From assembly GCA_964057225.1 (NCBI GenBank), contig OZ059895.1, positions 7,874,001 to 7,938,000 on the forward strand: a DNA stretch of 64,000 nt, read 5' to 3'. The notes beneath the pieces are model-generated. The model was not told the origin of the DNA, did not search any database, and saw nothing but the letters and a program-made list of their open reading frames with translations. The translations under genes and the position numbers were made by a program. The stretch comes from Auanema rhodensis (taxonomy: Eukaryota > Animalia > Nematoda). Each line of letters opens with the position of its first letter. The stretch's first letter is position 1. This document shows positions 13,911-29,701 of the stretch, piece after piece.

Positions 13911-16423
13911 ATGTATCAAATAAAAAACGAATTCATAGATTATATTGCTCTTATTTTCCAAACAGTTCTTGTTCTGCTTGGATTTTTTGGTCATTTTCAT
14001 GTTATACATGCTATCTCAAAACGTAAAGAATTTCGGAATAAACATGGTATATCTCTTAATTATTTAGTTTATTTCTTTTTTTTTCTGAAAATCTTTAATT
14101 TCAAACTTATTAGGAACATTAATTGTACAATTATCATGTTGGCATTTAATTTGTATAGTTGGAGAATATTATACTATGAATTCATTAGGTATGTATCTTT
14201 GTTTTATTATTATTTATATAAATATATATTTTATAATAATATTTAAATTATTCTGTTTTATATGTAAAATTTGTAAAATTAATTTGAACTGAATGATGAA
14301 TCAGTGTTGAGTTACCTACACAGGTGATTTACATCTGCAAAGTTCTACTACGAATCATATTCATATGTACATACAGTCCTGTGCGAAATAGTTGGGACAC
14401 TCACTAGAAACCCTTATACCTTCTCAGACAAACTACAAAAATTCAGAAAAAATATATTTTGGGTGTTAAAAAACGATAATGAATTCAGAAAAAATCTTCA
14501 AAATTTTAAAAATCATGTTGAAAAGTATTTTCTGAAGTCTTGAATCTATGCCATAGGAAAAACTTGGTTATTGATCAAATTTTGTTATATTAAGAAGGAT
14601 TATTCAAAATAGTCAAAAAACACTATTTTTCCTTATAAATTTAGAAATCTCATTGAAATCAGTTTTCATTATATTAACATATATTTTGACTGAATATAAA
14701 CTAAGCGCAAAATGTTTGAAATTAAAAAAAAAATTTTTTTTGTAGTTTGAAGGGGAATTCTAGGGCCTCTAACATAGGGGTGTCCCAACTATTTCGCACA
14801 GGACTGTATGTACATGTATTATATTTAAAAGAAAACTTATACTTTTATATTAATTATATAAATTAATTATAAAATCAAAAACAATTTAAAATTTTCATTT
14901 TTATATAATTATTAATAAATTATTTAATTATACAGTTTTTACAATATACTTGGAACGTCATTACTGTTTTATAATTCTTTCTCTTAATTTTGTTATTCAA
15001 TTTGGTCAAGCACTTATAATGTTTTTAATATCACTTGACCTTTTATTAACAGTTTCACATCCATTAATGTAAGTTTTAAATATAATATTAAAAATATTTT
15101 TTAAAACAAAATCACATAAAACACATTTAAAATATAATTAAATTTCTAAAAAATGCATTTAAACATTTTGTTAAATAAGATAAAGATATCTTGATAAAAA
15201 CAAAAATTAATAATACTATTTATATACATAAATTCTAAGAAAATAAAATTATTAGACTTGTAATAAATACAAAAGAAAAATTAAATTAAAACGAAATAAT
15301 TTATATAGATATCGTAATATGTCAGTTCAACAAGTATTCCTATTTTCTATGATATTTTCATTATTTGGTGGAGTTTCTTATGGATTTTTCATATATTTAT
15401 ATAACTATGAATCATTATATAAAATTAATATATTAGAATATGTTGATTGTCAAGAAGCAAATATGTATTCAAAATCATTTTTTCATATTAAAACTTCAAC
15501 ATTTTTATTAATTGCAACAATTCAAATATTTTTATATATTATTAGTTATGGTTTAGTATTTATACGAAGTAAGTTTAAAACTTTTCTTTTTTTTGGTTTA
15601 AAAACATATTTGTACTTTATAATTTTTGATTATTGTTATTCAAAATATATCTAATAGTAAAAGCAATTACTGTATTCAATACCAATTCTCTTTTAAAATA
15701 TTATAAACATTGTATGCAGAAAACAAGGAAAATTATATTTTAAAACTTAACTATATGATATTGAACATTGAAATAGTTACAAAATACATTATAAAATTAT
15801 TATATTTTTCCTTTAAATATTTAATATTATCAAATAAATATACATATATGTTTATAGTATATGCAAATGCAGAAACATTGAATTCAATTTGTTTTTAAAT
15901 TTAAATTAAGAAACATAAAATAAAAAATATCTTATAATCTATATATATATATATAGTTAAAAATATTTCATTTTTAGGTCGTATATTTGAAAGAGCTAAT
16001 CCAACTCAATGTTATCGTAATGTACATCGAAAGACTATGAGAACCATTTTTGTTATGAATATTGTATTCATTTTTACTTGGATTTTTGCTATGTTATTAG
16101 AACAATTGATATCATATAGTGATTCTGAATGGAATCATTATATTGATGTAGTAGAGGTATGTAATATTATCATATAATTATTTAAATTTAAGAAAAAAAC
16201 AAACAAAAAATTATAAATATTTAAGAGTATATTATCAATGATTAATTTTATTCAATCATTCTATGTAGCTATCTGGAGAAGTACAGAATATCGCAAATTC
16301 TATCGATCATTATATAAAGATTTTAAAATAATTAAAGTATTTCGTAATAATAGAACACATTGTTATCCAGCTGAAAGAACAAAATTATCTATTGCTGTTA
16401 TATCAACAGAAAGACGATTATAA
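13911..16423 (+). CDS. Nematode 7TM chemoreceptor, Srsx family, about six exons
   Basis: TTTCAG acceptor just before the ATG. TM1 LGFFGHFHVIHAISKRKEFRNKHG, then LIVQLSCWHLICIVGE, ISLDLL...HPL, and TM7 FYVAIWRSTEYR matching the Srsx 'WRSxEYR' end. Exons approx 13911-14046, 14114-14188, 14936-15068, 15309-15569, 15978-16156, 16226-16423. Confidence 0.8.
14374..14806. mobile_element. Non-autonomous Tc1/mariner-type MITE, 433 bp, in intron 2 of the Srsx gene
   Basis: Perfect 27-bp TIRs CAGTCCTGTGCGAAATAGTTGGGACAC (14374-14400 and 14780-14806), TA target duplication on both sides, no internal ORF. Confidence 0.95.
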
Positions 16424-18172
16424 TCATTATTCATATTTAATATATAAAGATTTTAATATTATAATTAATAAATAATTATAATTTTAGTTAATATATTATA
16501 TTTTTTTTTTATAAAATAATGAATATTTCTGTTTTACGTATACGTATATAATACTATTTCATAGCTTTGCAATGCTGTTCTATGAACTGTAAAAATAATT
16601 ATTCCCAATTGGGTTTTCTCAATCATTAGCAGCATTTTAAGGCTTTTTTTTTCTTTCAAAACGGCATATTTTCTTCTTTTTTTTTTGTCTTCTGATATTA
16701 CAAATTCAATATGTTTATAGTATAGTACATTAAATATCTATAGCACTTATCAAAATCAAACTTAAAGTTCATCATTAATAAGCTTAAAATTCAAAATTCA
16801 ACAATTGGTTATTAGGTTTTTGATATTTTTCAGTTGCAGTTCCTGTTCTTCAAGTAGTTAATAGTTCCTGACTAAGATATGAAGAATACAAACTTGCTTT
16901 TATCATGAAATTATCATTTGAATATCAGGCTGGTTAAACATGTACTTCCCACAATGAACACACATTCTTATCAAAAATTCAATTGATGAATATATGAAAA
17001 TAGATCAATAAGATATTATAAAAAAAAAAAAATAAAATATGATTGTGAATATAATCTTCTTATTCTTCATTCTATCTTCATTTTAAACTTTTAATTTGAT
17101 TCTTTAATATATGAATAATCAGATGAAATAGCTGAATGAGGGTAATTATCGGTTTACTCTTTGATCTGATATACGTACATTGATAGCTTCAATCATTCCT
17201 ATCAATTCTCAAATAATCAGTAAAATCGTTGAAAAACTTTTTTTTTCAGACAAGAGCATTCTTATCAGATTAATATGTTTCCGTTTCTCACTTGATGAAA
17301 TGGATAGAAAAAAAAAAGAAAAAAAGACAAAATTAATGATAATATCTAATAATTTCTAAATATATATATATGTATATAAATATAAATATAAATTAATCAA
17401 TTAAGAAATATTATGTATATATAGATATATATCCGGATTTTCTATATAATATACTAAAAGCTTAGTTAATAGATAAATTATATATTTAACAACGGGTTTG
17501 TTTAGAAGCAATTAAGCTCTATTACTATATGGTAGCATGATTTATTTATTATACGTGTAAAATACAATATAATCAATAGTGCATTGTGCCAAGAAAAATC
17601 TTTTGTAGCTATTGGCTTCTTCTCATAGATCGCCTCAGCTCGTGCTTCTTTGGCTTTCAAACTCAGGAACACCAATTCCATCTCTGTTTGATGGTTTTCC
17701 TTGACCTCTCTCTCTCTCTCTCTATTTCATTTCCTTATTATATTTGTCTTGTTTTTCCATGTCTATCTACTTGTGTCAGGTTTGAATCAATTCATCTTTT
17801 ATTTTAAATTGCCATTTTGACCCTCAATAATGAGCTTCTAATGACCCCTTACCAGCTTAATGCCGACTATGGAAAGGCTTTGCTGCTTTGACTATGCTCC
17901 AGCTGTTCATGGAATGCATATTGATTCAATAACAACATTTAGAACAATCGCCATCAGTGTTGTTTCATTCTGAACAGATGAAGCTCTAGCTGTTAGACTT
18001 ACAAAAGATTGCATAAACGTTCACATCGGGCATATTGGAGCTGTCCTTTCATTTATATATCGCTCTCTCTCTCTCTTTATCTCTCTCTTTCTCTCTCTCT
18101 CTCTTTATCTCACTCTCTCTATCTATCCATCTATCTCTATATCTCTCTATCTCTTCCTTTTTTTTCAATCTT

Positions 18173-18212
<40 letters not shown>

Positions 18213-18682
18213 ACATTTCACTCTAAATATATAATATTTTATGTATAGTATATTCCGTCTAAAACGCACTTTTTATATCCGTTCAAGTTTTCTGTACTGA
18301 GGTTCTTAACCTAAGGATTCTGATGGCTTCACCTACTTTTCTTTGCAGCCCTTCTTCCTTGTGCTCAAAAATCTTCGATCTCTCTTCTTCAATCTCCCTC
18401 TTTCTATCTCTATATCGTTTCCTTGTCTTCCTTCCCACTCTCCCATGCTCCTGTCTTTCCTGCTCCTTCTCTTCATTCCAGCCCCATTATGACCGGAGCA
18501 GTGGGAGAGCAATTACACGAAGTGCCCCTCTCTTCTCTTACGCCTCTCAGCCATCTTTGGGTTTGCAACCTAAACGAAGCAAAAGAAGAATGACTTCATC
18601 TTTTTTATATGAACCACCAATAATAAAGAGAGAAAAATGAGAAAAAAAGAGCAAGAAATGGATTCCTTGAACAGAGAGAGAA

Positions 18683-18739
<57 letters not shown>

Positions 18740-21505
18740 ACGTGGTTGGTATGCCAATATTTGAACATTTTAATTGGTCAGCATCATCAATGCTTCATGT
18801 ATTTCCACAGTTTGCTTGTCTATCATAATGATTTTCATAAAATTAAGGAAAACTTTATTCATTTACTTACTTTCTTCTTATCATTTATAATCTTCTAATA
18901 CAGTTATTAGACAAATGAATTGAACTAGACTTTAGTGTTTGCTCGAATATCTTTTCCAATTGGTTCCAACATATTGTCTTTTCTTCTTTGCTAATTTCAA
19001 AAAATAAAAAGAACAACTTTGTTTTGATTTATTTATTTTATTTCAAATATTAATTCTAATGTCATTCTTTTTATATTTATTATCTTATTTTTCATTTTTC
19101 TTGTCAGTTTCTCCCTCTTTTCCTTACATCTTGATATTTCTTTCATTCATTTTTTAAATTTTCAAGATTTCATTGATAAATAAAACAAATGTATTGATGA
19201 TGTATGATTCTTCCTACGTATTATCTATAAACTCAAGAATCAAAAATCTTTTCATTTCAACTCATCTAAATTTTAAAACAAAAATTTATCTAGTTCATAT
19301 CTTTGTTAAATATCTCTTTGTTATTGTTGCAGCTCTTTTGCTTATAATAAAAAACCTTTTTATCATCTGTATTTCCTCCTTCTCATCTAGTCTTCTTCTT
19401 CTTCTTCTATTTATTCTTAATGTTTCTTTTCATTTCGTACTCTAACTTCCTCATTCTTTTGTCTAAAGATTTATGTGAAAAATAATTAATAATCATGAAA
19501 AATATAAATTTATATGTTATTTATTATTATATGTATATCGTTAACATTAGCTTTTAATTTTCTTTTTTTCTTAATTGTTTAAAATTGAATTTTTTAGATT
19601 TAGATCCATGATACTCTTTATTGAATTTGTTTTAATTTTGAAATAATTGGAAAAAATATACAAAAACATGAAAACAAATAAATAATACATTTTTTGTTTT
19701 CTTCCAGATTTTAAACTAATTCAATTAAAAAGCTTTTTTTTTCTTTTCTTTTTTTCTTTCTGAAAACATTAATTTTATCAACAAGTGATTCTGATAAAGC
19801 TGAACTTTCATTGATTGTATATAGGCTTCATCTATAGTTTCGTTCTGATATTAATGTTTTTAATGCTTTAAAACAAAGTTCAAAATAGAATATTCATATT
19901 TGTGATTATAAAGATGATGACAACGCAAAAATGAATAATGATTATGAAGATAAACATAAATAGTACAACCGTTCTTTCATTCATTGATACTATATTTTAT
20001 ATTTTATTTAGTTCTTTTCAACATTTTGATAAGTTATTCAGATTTTCAAAATATATTCAAATATACTTTTCATTTCAACAAGAACTTGATGCAGAGTTGT
20101 CAGTCTTTAAACATATGGAATGATTTCTCAAACAAATTACGAACAAAATGAAAGAATGAAGAAGGAAAAGTGATATAGAATAGAAGAAAAAGAGTAAAGA
20201 AAGAATTAGAGAGGTCGTTCTACTGTGATGATGAGAGATAAAAAGAAAATTAACAAGAGAAATAGAAGAAAATGAAAAGAGAGTCATGTAGAGAGAGAGG
20301 GAGAGAAAGAAAAAGATAGAAAGAGCAGCAAAGAAGAGGAGAGAGGGAAGACTTTTTCAATTTTTCTTTCAATGTCCTTATCAAGAAAGTCATTCTGTTG
20401 AGCCAGAGAAACTTTTCATATTGCATGCATGTATCTTTTGATTTTCGCGTACGCTTTGACTTCAGCTTTTGAGCATTTTATCTGATATCTCTTATCTTTT
20501 CTTTATTTGAACACCAATACAACATTAGAATTAATATATAGTATTCAACTTAATTCTATTGACCCATTTTGTTTTCCATAAAGCATATGCTTTTAATATC
20601 TATGAAGCCTGTTCTTCTCTCTCTCTCTCTCTCTTTCTCTCTCTTTTCCAAGCACCTACTTTTTAGTTGAACCTCTTTTACTCTCTATGTTATTCCTAAA
20701 TTATCTTCATTTTAGAAGTTATAACATTAAAGGGCATATGATGATTTAAATAATGAATTTCTTTAATATTCAATATAATTTTAATAATATATAATTAGGA
20801 ATATATTTTATTGGAATTTTTGTTATATTATACTATTTATATAAAATAATTTATATTTTTCATAAGTATAATCAGTCTAATATACTATTTAACTAGGATA
20901 ACTATTTGATTCACTTAAAATACAATTGAACTAATCATAGTTTCGATGATACAATGAAGCCAATTAAAGTACAGAAAATGAAAAAAGTTCATACAAAAAC
21001 GAAATTCCCCAAGTTTTTTTTTGAATTTGATCAGATTCTAATGAAATGTTATTAAATACATTTTAAATGAAAATTAAAAATAATAATAGCCTAGTGATTG
21101 TATTTAAATTTTCTTCTATATGTACTTTTATATAAAAGTAGTTTTAAAATTATAAAGACATTATACATTATTATTATTATTATTATTATTATCTATTCGA
21201 GCGTATATAACTATATAATTATCAAAGAAAAATATTTAAAATTCACATATTATTATGCGTTTTCTCTTCTAATAAGCTGTTATGTTTTAAGAGCAAGTTC
21301 TTAGAACATCATATGACATTCATAAAAATCGAGATATGTGAGAGATTTAAACCAATAGATGTAGCTAAAATTAAAATTAATGATATGAAAATCTCAAAAG
21401 AAAACATATTTAATCAATTTGATCGGAATGACCGATCATGATCCAAGAAAGAAGAAGATGTGTCTTGGTTAGCTTAGGGAGGAGCCTGGTTTGATTGTAA
21501 GGACA

Positions 21506-21542
<37 letters not shown>

Positions 21543-24031
21543 TTCTTTATACATCTTTTTCTATCTTGCCAGTCTAATTGTGATTTATTTGAAAATGTAT
21601 TCACTTGTTTCTGTTTCCTTAAATTCAAAGCTATTTAGGAACACATTTTGTTTTTTTTTTAATTTTTTGGAAATAATTTACTCCATTTCCATGAAATTGA
21701 AGCTTTCCTGTTTTTTTTTACTTAAAATACCCAAACATTATCAACTACTTTGTTAAATAAAAAGAAAGAAAATGAACTTAATCGAAATTTCACATTTTCA
21801 ATTCTATTCTGCTCTTTTTTGCTCATTTCAATTCAATCTGATACGTTTTGATAGGATATATGATGACCTGGTTCATATTCTCTCTCTCTCTCTCTTATTC
21901 ATTCTCTTTCTTCTCTTCCCCTCTCATACCCCTTTTTTCAATTTTTCTATTCTTTGAACTTTTTGGTGTTTTATATCATCTTTTTTTTGTCAAATATTAG
22001 TCTTTTTCTGCATTAACTATATGCATATGATTGGGCACTAATAGTACGTTGATTATTCCTAAAATATCCCAATTTAGATGACAGATAAGGCTCTTCTGAA
22101 TCAGATATTCACGTGAAAATCAAGTCGTTTCCTCTTTCACTCCTCCTACTCTCTCTATTTCTCTTTCTCTCTTAAACGTTTTGTTCATACAATGGTTTTC
22201 AGTAGCTCATTAGTTAAGCGATCTACTCTTTTCATCTTTAGTGCCAGAAAAAAAAGGAATATTTCAAATACAAAACATCATTGATTTATCATTCATTCAC
22301 ATATCTATACGATGAATTTATTTATTTTTAATTTTATTTTTGTTATAATACAATACTGAAACTACGGATGTCGTATCATTAATTCTAATTATATTTTTGT
22401 TAAATTACTAACTTCCTGTATATATCATATATAATTACATCATCGCTTTGTTATATTAATGAAAAATAAATAAAAATTCAGCTTCTAATCTAAGATGATC
22501 AGGTTTTCTTTTCAATTTTTTACTTTTTTTTTTCTTTCAAAATCAGAATAGCACTTTTCTTTTCGTTTTTCAAGACTGCACAAGAGCTATTAAGAAGACA
22601 ATTTGCTGGGAGGAATGTCGAAACATTCGTCCAAACAACTATATTTCCTTTCTTGTAAATATAACTTTTTGGTGTTTTTTTTTCATTTTAAAATCAAAAT
22701 GATTCTTTTTTTTTTGTCTGCAAAAGTTTTCCAATTGAACTGAATTTTCATTTTCTTTTGATTTCTTTTTTTTATGTTTGCAAAAAGCTTTCGTTGATTT
22801 TAATGGGTTTACCTGTTTCAATAAATCAAAGGTCGCATGTCCATCATTCCTGGAATGACGAATCAGAAAAAAAATTATTTTTTTCTTTTCCAGATATATC
22901 TTTTATCTCTCTACTTTCATATTATTTTCTCCATTTCACCCTTTTTCGTGTGCTTTCTCTCTCCTTTACTTCTTGTCCCGCCTCGCTTTTTCCCCACCCC
23001 CCTCTCTCCGTGCAAGAAGGAAAAATTTTTGTGAAATATACATTTTCGTTTTTTTTTTGCTATTATTTAAGACGATTATCAATATATCTTTATAAATTTA
23101 ATCAATTTAATCAATTTTGAAACATTTCATAATCGAGAATCGTCATGTATACATACTGTAATTTAAAAAAAAATATTTTTTATTTAGTAATTAAATATAT
23201 TTCGGAAATTCATGATGATTTTCATATCAATACCATAAAAGATTTCTTTGTCTGATCAGCTGTTAAAGATATGTTGTAATGATCATAAATGGCTTACATT
23301 GTGATTTTAACACGGGCCTCGAAAAGTCATCAGCGGCACAATGCCCTGAGGCGATAGGACATAAACTGGTGGGCTGATTGCTCGAGCTAGCACATGAACT
23401 ACACGTCTTTGACAACCTGTGCAACTGCTTCATCATGTAATTTTTGTCCAATTGGGCGAAAAATGTCTTCTTGTCAATAGATCAAACGAACAATATGCTT
23501 TGCATTCAACATCTGATTTTGATTTTTTCTAACCCGATTGCTTGAACAATATTCTGAATAGTTTCAAATTCCTTAGAGCTTTTCACGTAAATTGTACGTG
23601 ACGTTAACAACTTCATTTGAATCAATGCAGATGTTAACAACGGTTGTGCAATTCTTTCTAGTTCTCTTTCTATATCTCTCTGTCTCCTTCTCTCTTTCTC
23701 TTTCTCTCACACGCTCTCACTTTCTCTCTCTCATTCAATCAAACAGTCTCAATATGTCTCTATTTCACTAATTCTCTCTTCGTTTTAAATGTGTTTCCTG
23801 AATCCAGCTATTACGTTCGCTTTCCTATTCTATTCGTTCCTTTTTTTTCTGATAATCTTCTTCGATATTTAATATATTTATTCGAAATCGTTTTTACGGC
23901 AACAAGTTTCAAAGTCATTGAATACATTTTATTCAGTATACACAGCTGTTTGCCCTCTGACTATCTCTAATTTGTCTTTAAAATATTCTGAAATATACAA
24001 CATACAAAGCAAAGAAATTAGGGAGAGAGAG

Positions 24032-24072
<41 letters not shown>

Positions 24073-24553
24073 GAATGAATAACTTGTAAATTCAATCTTA
24101 ATTTTATTTTTCCTTTCAAATAGTCAACCGTTTTTCTTTTTGATACAAAAACATCTTTAATTCATCGTATAACAAAGTCACTAGAGATTATTTTGGAGAT
24201 TTTTTTCATTAAAATTTGAATTTTTTTGTTTTTTTTTATTTATTTCTCTCTCCTTTCTCCTCTGATTCTGCTTCTCTATTTTTCTTTCTCAATTTTCCCA
24301 TTTTCTCTCTATGTTATTAAATTTATTTTTATCATTCTCAATAGTTATTTTTACGTCTAGTATATGGACATATGTACATTTCAATAATTTGTATATATTT
24401 ATACTAATTATGTATATTATTTGTGTCTTCTTCAATTTCCTTTTTTTTTTGTTTGTAAGCCAATTTTTTTGCCATTGTTTTACTAGCTTTTCCTTGTTTG
24501 ATACTTTGTGCCTCCCTTGATTTAAAACTTATTCTTGTAGCTCTCTTTCCTAT

Positions 24554-24629
<76 letters not shown>

Positions 24630-25629
24630 GCTCATTTTCTCTTTCTCTCTCTCTTTCTCTCGATCTTTTTGGCATTCATATACAAAGATTTTTATGACAG
24701 CTTTCCTTTTTCTTTTATTTTCTCTTTATATATTACTTTATATGTATCTATATAAGCTGAGGTTATGTACACAACATCCAATCTCAAATCCTTTTTCTCC
24801 TCATTGACATCATTATCGTCTAGACTTCTACTACTTGTTTTACTATTGTCTATCTTCCGTGCCTTTTCTTTCTATTCCTCTTTTCCTTCTTCTTTATCTC
24901 AACTATATGTATATTTTCTTATTCAATTCTTTAAAAGCTATTCAATTATTATTTGTTTACTATAATTATATAGTAAAATAAAACTTTGCCCTATAGTTAT
25001 TTATATTTTATACCGATTATAAAATTATTTTGTCTTGAAACATCTATTTCACATTTATCCTCTTCAGTATTTTTCACGTAAGTTTGACGTCAACTAACAT
25101 TTTGTTATAATTGCTCCTCCCCCCCCCCCAAAAAAAAAAAAGAAAACAAAAGGATTTATGAACCTTCCTAACAAAGTTCGGCAAAAACATTTTATATTAG
25201 CTCTACATTGAATATATGTATATTTATACAAATATATGTATACTTATATAGTTTGTAGTTTTTAATTTCTGTAATAATCTATAAAATATGAATTTTTTTC
25301 AAATTTTTTATATCATCATGATCATGAAAATATAAAGTTTGTACACTAAAGCATATCAGCCGGCATACAAACTTTTATATAATATTACAAACAATTTTCA
25401 TGATAATAATATATATTATTAATAATTAATTTTAATATAACAACTAATATGCTTCATCTTATATCATATTTCTTCTAATCATGATCTTTGCTATGAACAA
25501 CTTAACACTTTATTCATTCTTAAACTAATCTTTTAATGAAAAACAATTTTTTTCTCCTCATATTTGACTAGTACTTCTTCGAAATATTTTATTCTTCTTT
25601 CTCTCTCTCTCTCCTTTTCTCTCTCCCTC

Positions 25630-25680
<51 letters not shown>

Positions 25681-28600
25681 TTCTCCCTCTTTCTCTCTCT
25701 CTTTTTCATATTCCTTTGCTGTTTCATACTTTCGTACTTGGTCTGTTCATCTATAGCTTTCTGCTTCCTTTATTCTCTGTATGTGCCTGTAATTAATCCT
25801 TGCTCTGCTATGCATGTTATGAAAACCTGATGAAGTTCGAAGCCTAATCCTAGTCTCTCGAGCAGTTTGTATTGTGAATTTCTCACAATACAAAACTGTT
25901 TGTGTCTTATATGAGCACAATACTTGCAACTGAAGCAAGAGTATATAGTCAGTCCGTCGAAACTATTGCCTTAGCCCAACACATAATTCGTTTTTTTTTC
26001 TCTTGGTGTTCGCCGTTGTCGTTGTGAACAACTTTGACTCAACTACGATTTTGGTGGCCTTCACAAGCTTTGTGCTTGAAAGTTTAGATTATCATCAACC
26101 ATGATGATTTGCCTTCATAGATATAAGCTGAAAGCTATGGAGCAAAGAGCTTCATGAATGAGCAACATGAACAAAGCTATTTACTATTATTTCCTATGAT
26201 CAACAAAGGAAAAAAAGTTTTTTTTCGAACTATGAAGATGCTATATTTGTATAATATAATAGTTAATATTTTATCGAATAATTATAAAAATATAAATATA
26301 TATATATTTGTATATCTATATACATATAATTTATATATTTTTAATCTTTTTTTTTTCACCTTTTTCTTCTACATTTTATATATTTTTTTATTATTCAGGT
26401 TATAAATTCTTTATGTTCTCGCAATCCTATCTTTCCAATCGTTTCTATATGGAAGTAATTTTGTAACTCAGCAAACTTTACATTTTTATCTTACTCTCAT
26501 GCGAAACTAAAAAAAAAAAGAAAGAAGAAAAAGAGAAGAAAACCAAATGTACCTTCTGCTATTAGAATTTATTGGCTTTTTGTTATTTTTTTTCAAATTC
26601 TCTTTCATCATCATCATCATCATCATCTACATCTGCTTGTTATTATGTTTTCTTCTAAAGCATTAAGCTTAGAATAATGTTATTAAGGTAAATAATAATA
26701 TTCAAATATTATTCTATATAATTATATATAAATATACATATATATTAAGCTATAATGATTAATTATATAATTTTATTTTATAAATTGTATTGTTGTATAT
26801 ACATGTATATCAATATATACAATATAAAAATATATATTTATATGATGTATACTAACTATATACATAACTATATAGTATATATAAATATTGATAATACATA
26901 ATATACATGCATCATTCACATTTTTGAGATCATAACACTCTTCTTCTCAAGTCTGCCAATGACGTCGTTATCCTTAACCTATCCGATTCACATTCATTTG
27001 AGCTATGCTATATGCTTACTTCAATTGCTTTTAGATGTTACATACATACATGTATATCGGATTCTGATTCTGCTTCTGCAGATTCTGCTGTTACTTCTTC
27101 ATTTCCGCTAATAGCGATTACCGTTTCAGCTTCACATTTATATATTTTTTTTCTTTTTATTTCTTATAACCACTTAGAAGAGAATTTGACAGCCAACCAG
27201 CCAATTTTCTGTTGTCTCGTTGCAACTCCTAAGTTTCTTTTCTCAATTCGCTGTCTGTCTTCCATTTTTCTGCGAGCTACGTCTTTTATTTTTATTCATT
27301 TTATTTATTATTTCAATGAATAAGTCAAGAAAAACATTATTTTTCTTTGAAACTGTTTTCAAAGGTTTGTCAGCTATGTCTCTGATGTTGCCAAGCTTGT
27401 ATGCTTGTCCATAATTATCCTATTAATACTAATTATCTATAACTTAATTAACCAATCTTTAACTTTTGTCTCTATCGTCCTTTCTCTTTCACCATATACT
27501 CATCATTTGTTTCGTTACGTTTAGTTTACATTTTGATATTATTATTTATCATATAACATCACAAATTTATACATATTTTATAAATATATAGCATATATTA
27601 TACTTTACTTATCTATTCCTTCAATATTTTTATCTTATTCTCTCATCACAAGCAGAAAAAAAAAGTAAAAAAACGAATTCAGAATGCAAAACTGACGCGA
27701 ACCGCCTGGATGGCAGGCGACATCACGTCAAGACATATTTCATTTTATGTTATGCACATGTTAGATCTTCACGTAAGCTCATTAGCACATGCATTCAAAT
27801 TACACGTGTGTTTCACGTTCAGACGTTTTTTTTCCCCAAAAAAATCACTTATTTTATAATAAAAATAATACTAATATATACAATTCTTTTGTTATAAAAG
27901 TTATTTCTTATAAAAATAATTATTTTTATTTACAAATATATTTAATTTCTTTTTTTCATTTCTATAATTGACTTCAATTTAATATGTTATATGATATAAT
28001 CAGTTATAATAAAAGCTTTTCTGACATAATTTGCTTATTTTTATTTAAAATTTTGACCAACTTTTTCATTTGTTTTCCTCCAATAAAAGCATATTCTTGT
28101 CATATGAACTTTAATTAATTTCATTTTCTACTCATTTCTTCTCTCAGATCCTCAGTTAGTTCTCTATTGAGCTGATCGGTGTTTTCTCTGCTTTTTCAAA
28201 CATCCCGTACCGGTAACAATCTGATTTTAATTTTCTACTTTTTCGATTTTCCTAACTGAATTTTCTTTCATTCACTCGTTTTAACACACACACACACACA
28301 TCTATTCTCCCTTTTATTATAATATATTCAACTGTGATTATAACATTTCTTAAAGCCATTTGTCTCATAAAGCTCCCTCAGCTCTATTCCAACCTGATAT
28401 TTATTCTCCTGAAATGAACAGTAGGCAAAATGCTATATTCACAACATGATCAAGTCTGTTTTTGTTTTAGGCTTCAAGCTTTTAGAATCTTAGTTTTCTT
28501 TCTCGCTTATATTACCATTCATTCGTTTCAATTTTTTTCTTGCTACTAGTCTCTTTCTGAATGTTTAGTTGAACTATCCTTCTGTCCCTATTTCGATCTC

Positions 28601-28752
28601 TTTATATACTTTTAGATTCTTTTTATCATTTTATATGTACATGCATATCATATACTTATGCCTATATATGTATAGAAACCTCTCTCTCTCTCCCTCTCTT
28701 CCTCTCTCTTTCTCACTCTCTTACTTTCCCGTTTCTTTTTATTTTTCTCTCT

Positions 28753-28813
<61 letters not shown>

Positions 28814-29654
28814 TATATATATATATGTGTGTGTGTATGTATGTGTATGTTCGTTATCTCGTCCTGACAAGCATCTGTTTCTGATTTTCTCTATCTTTTC
28901 GGTGTCGTCTCACCAAGACCTTTCGACTCTCATCTATCACTGCACTCTATTTAGTCGCTTTTGCATGTTGAAAGTGTAAAGTATTTTCTTTTTTGCCAAT
29001 CACTTCTTCCATTCTCTCAACGGCTACTTCTCGATTTTGCCGTCAAGCTGCTCCTTTAACTATCTTCTTCCCCTTTTTCTCTTCAATTTGCTATCTATCC
29101 TATCACTTCCTCTCATTCTGCTATTCATTTCCTTCCTCATCTCTCGTGTTTCTTCTACCTATCTCTCTTCATGCTTACCTGTCATCATACACTCGTCCAA
29201 TCATTATTGACGATATGACCTATTGTTGTTTCTTTCTGGCCTAAAATGAACATTTTATCATTTTATCCGTCTTCAGTCTCGCTATTTTCCGCGTGGTTTT
29301 TCACGCATAATTACTTTAAGAGCTCTTCTCTACGTGATCAATGCATTTAGAGCGTCATTTCTTCTGCTTTTTATTATCTTATTGCTTTATTTCATTTTTC
29401 GAGATATGTTTGAAAACTTTTTGAATAAATTAGACTAATCATAAAGAAGTTATAATAACTCGTAGGCGTTAATTTCTCTCATAATATCACATATTGCTTA
29501 AATTATTTCATTTTAGACACATAACACTTCTAAAATCTTGTTAAAATTGAAGAAAAACGAGAAAAAAAAGAATTCGAACATTATACATGCATATATTCTT
29601 AAATACATCATATAGCACGTTTTCATCTTTTTAGAAAAACAGAGGAAGAGAGAG

Positions 29655-29701
<47 letters not shown>

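Noticed and set aside
26925-26946. TGAGATCA (bantam/miR-58-family seed)
   Set aside because: No pairing arm nearby
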